In this document: positions 62,372-64,000 of the stretch, piece after piece
How the letters are laid out: the number at the start of each line of letters is the position of its first letter
Position numbering within the stretch: the stretch's first letter is position 1
DNA from: Cycas panzhihuaensis
Taxonomy: Eukaryota; Plantae; Cycadophyta
Length of the DNA stretch: 64,000 nt
Assembly: GCA_023213395.1 (NCBI GenBank)
Contig: CM041465.1
Location: 189,231,741 to 189,295,740, forward strand
Direction of reading: 5' to 3'
The notes under the pieces: model-generated
What the model saw: the letters and a program-made list of their open reading frames with translations, nothing else
Databases searched by the model: none
What the model was told of the DNA's origin: nothing
Made by a program: the position numbers and the translations under genes

Positions 62372-64000
62372 TGTAGACTAACAAAAGTAAAGACAAAATA
62401 ACATAAGTTTGTAAATAGATCATAAATAAATAGATCACCAAAGAGAGCACTGGAGTACTTTCTCTTCAAGATAACAATACTCAATAACCCTTATAAGAGA
62501 TATTCAACCCTTTAAATATATATGTGAGAGTCTTATTCCTTGTGATTATATTAGTGGCCCTAGTAACCTTACATCTTATTAGATGGCTTAGCAATCCATA
62601 TACAAATCTTAATAACTATATTAATCCTTAACTCATTGGTGGCTCCAACTTGCTAGTTCTTAAGAAAGGTGGGGTTATGTTACAGGTCCCTCCCTCTTAG
62701 ACGTTGAATCCCCGCAGTGATAAAGATGAGGATATTGATAGATAAACTCATTGGATTCCCAAGTTGCTTCATCTGCATCATAATTAATGCATTATGCCAA
62801 GTGTTCAAAAATAATGTGATTTTGAAGGTGTCACTAGCTATTAGCAAGGATTTTATCAGGTGGAATTATAAGAGTTTACTCCTTAGAGAGAATGGGTAAG
62901 TTGGTGTGGGGTGTAATTTTAGCTTTGAGGTATTTTTTTATGCAAGAAACATGGAAAATATTATGGATATTAGTTTTCAGGGGGAGTTTAAGGGCATAGG
63001 CAACTTTACTAATTTTGTGGAGGATTTTATAAAGGTCATAGTAATGGGGGCTTAGTTTATACCCTTTATGTGACTTAATAGACTATTACTTATAAGGTTA
63101 GAAGTGAAGAAATACTAAATCTCCAATATCAAAGGACTGATCAGATTAGTGGCAGTTAGTAAGTTACTTCATTCAATTTTAAGTGACAGCTGGATTCTGT
63201 CAAAGGGTATTTAGGATTTGGTTAATCTCTTAAAGCTTTTATTGTACAAAAGTCATTCGAAAGTATGTGACTAAGGTATGGTAGGAAGGGGGATGGTAAC
63301 CATAAAAGGCCCAAAATAGGGATAAACTAATGGTAGAATGGTGAGAGGAATTATACCAATACTCCACCGTGGCAAGTCAGGAGGTCCACTTAGCTTGGTG
63401 TTCTAAGGAAAAGCAATGTAGATAAGTTTCAAGCATTTTATTCAAGACCTCATCTTAGCCATCTATTTATAGGTGGTAGGCAGAACTCATGTTAAATGAG
63501 GTTTTGATAGCCTTAAAGAGTTCTTGCCAGAAATATCTAATAAACTTTGGGTCTCAGTCATAAATAATGGATGAAGGGAAATCGTAGAGGTCAAATATGA
63601 ATTGGACATATAATTCATCAAGACATGAGGATGTATATGAGGTGTGAATAGTAAGAAAGTGTAAGTGCTTAGTTAATTGATCAATGATTATATAAATAGA
63701 GTTAAACCCAGTGGATGAAGGTAAGCTCATGATAAACTCCATGACAATATCTTGCCACTTGCCTTATGGAATATTTAATGGTTAGAGAAGTCTAGGAAGG
63801 GCTTTAGTGTCGACTTTATTTTGTTGACATGTCATATTCTAATATAAAGGTGAATACGATAGACTTTATATGGGGCCAAAAGAAATCTATGTGAATGCAT
63901 CGATAAGTTTTATCAAAATTGGAATGGCCACTAAGAGGAGAAGAGTGGTATTAGATTAGTATTCTAGGTATGAATGAGGAGGATGGGTAGACAAAAATGT
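62372..64000 (-). mobile_element. 3' end of another Reina-like chromovirus (INT + chromodomain, PPT, 3' LTR starting at 62684), continuing beyond the window
   Basis: MEFIMSLPSSTGFNSIYIIIDQLTKHLHF...FPSSIIYD; chromodomain DADEATWESNEFIYQYPHL; PPT aagagggagggacc then TGTAAC. The left LTR boundary is tentative. Confidence 0.88.

Overview
Plant nuclear DNA from a large, heavily methylated genome. A gymnosperm is inferred from pervasive CG/CHG C-to-T decay (most stops are CAG>TAG, CGA>TGA, TGG>TAG/TGA) and from the element lineages present. Most of the window is a nested graveyard of old LTR retrotransposons, and I found no intact protein-coding gene. From left to right: (1) the 3' half of a Tat-type Ty3/gypsy element, with integrase C-terminus, an antisense intron-containing plant-mobile-domain (PMD) gene, and a free-standing archaeal-type RNase H ORF facing away from it; (2) a Tat-like LTR and leader fused, through a templated-filler repair scar, to a CRM-like pol and LTR that sits in the gag of an inverted Tat-like element; (3) a full-length decayed Ty1/copia at 18828-28844; (4) a 3'-truncated Reina-like chromovirus; (5) a ~1.2 kb CpG-retaining island holding the only host-gene remnant, a LURP-one-related (LOR) pseudogene; (6) a three-level nest, Tork-like copia inside a Reina-like chromovirus inside a gag-less copia that shares its LTR with a tandem second copy; (7) the 3' end of another Reina-like element. 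All translations, alignments and lineage calls were made by eye from remembered motifs and need HMM or alignment confirmation.
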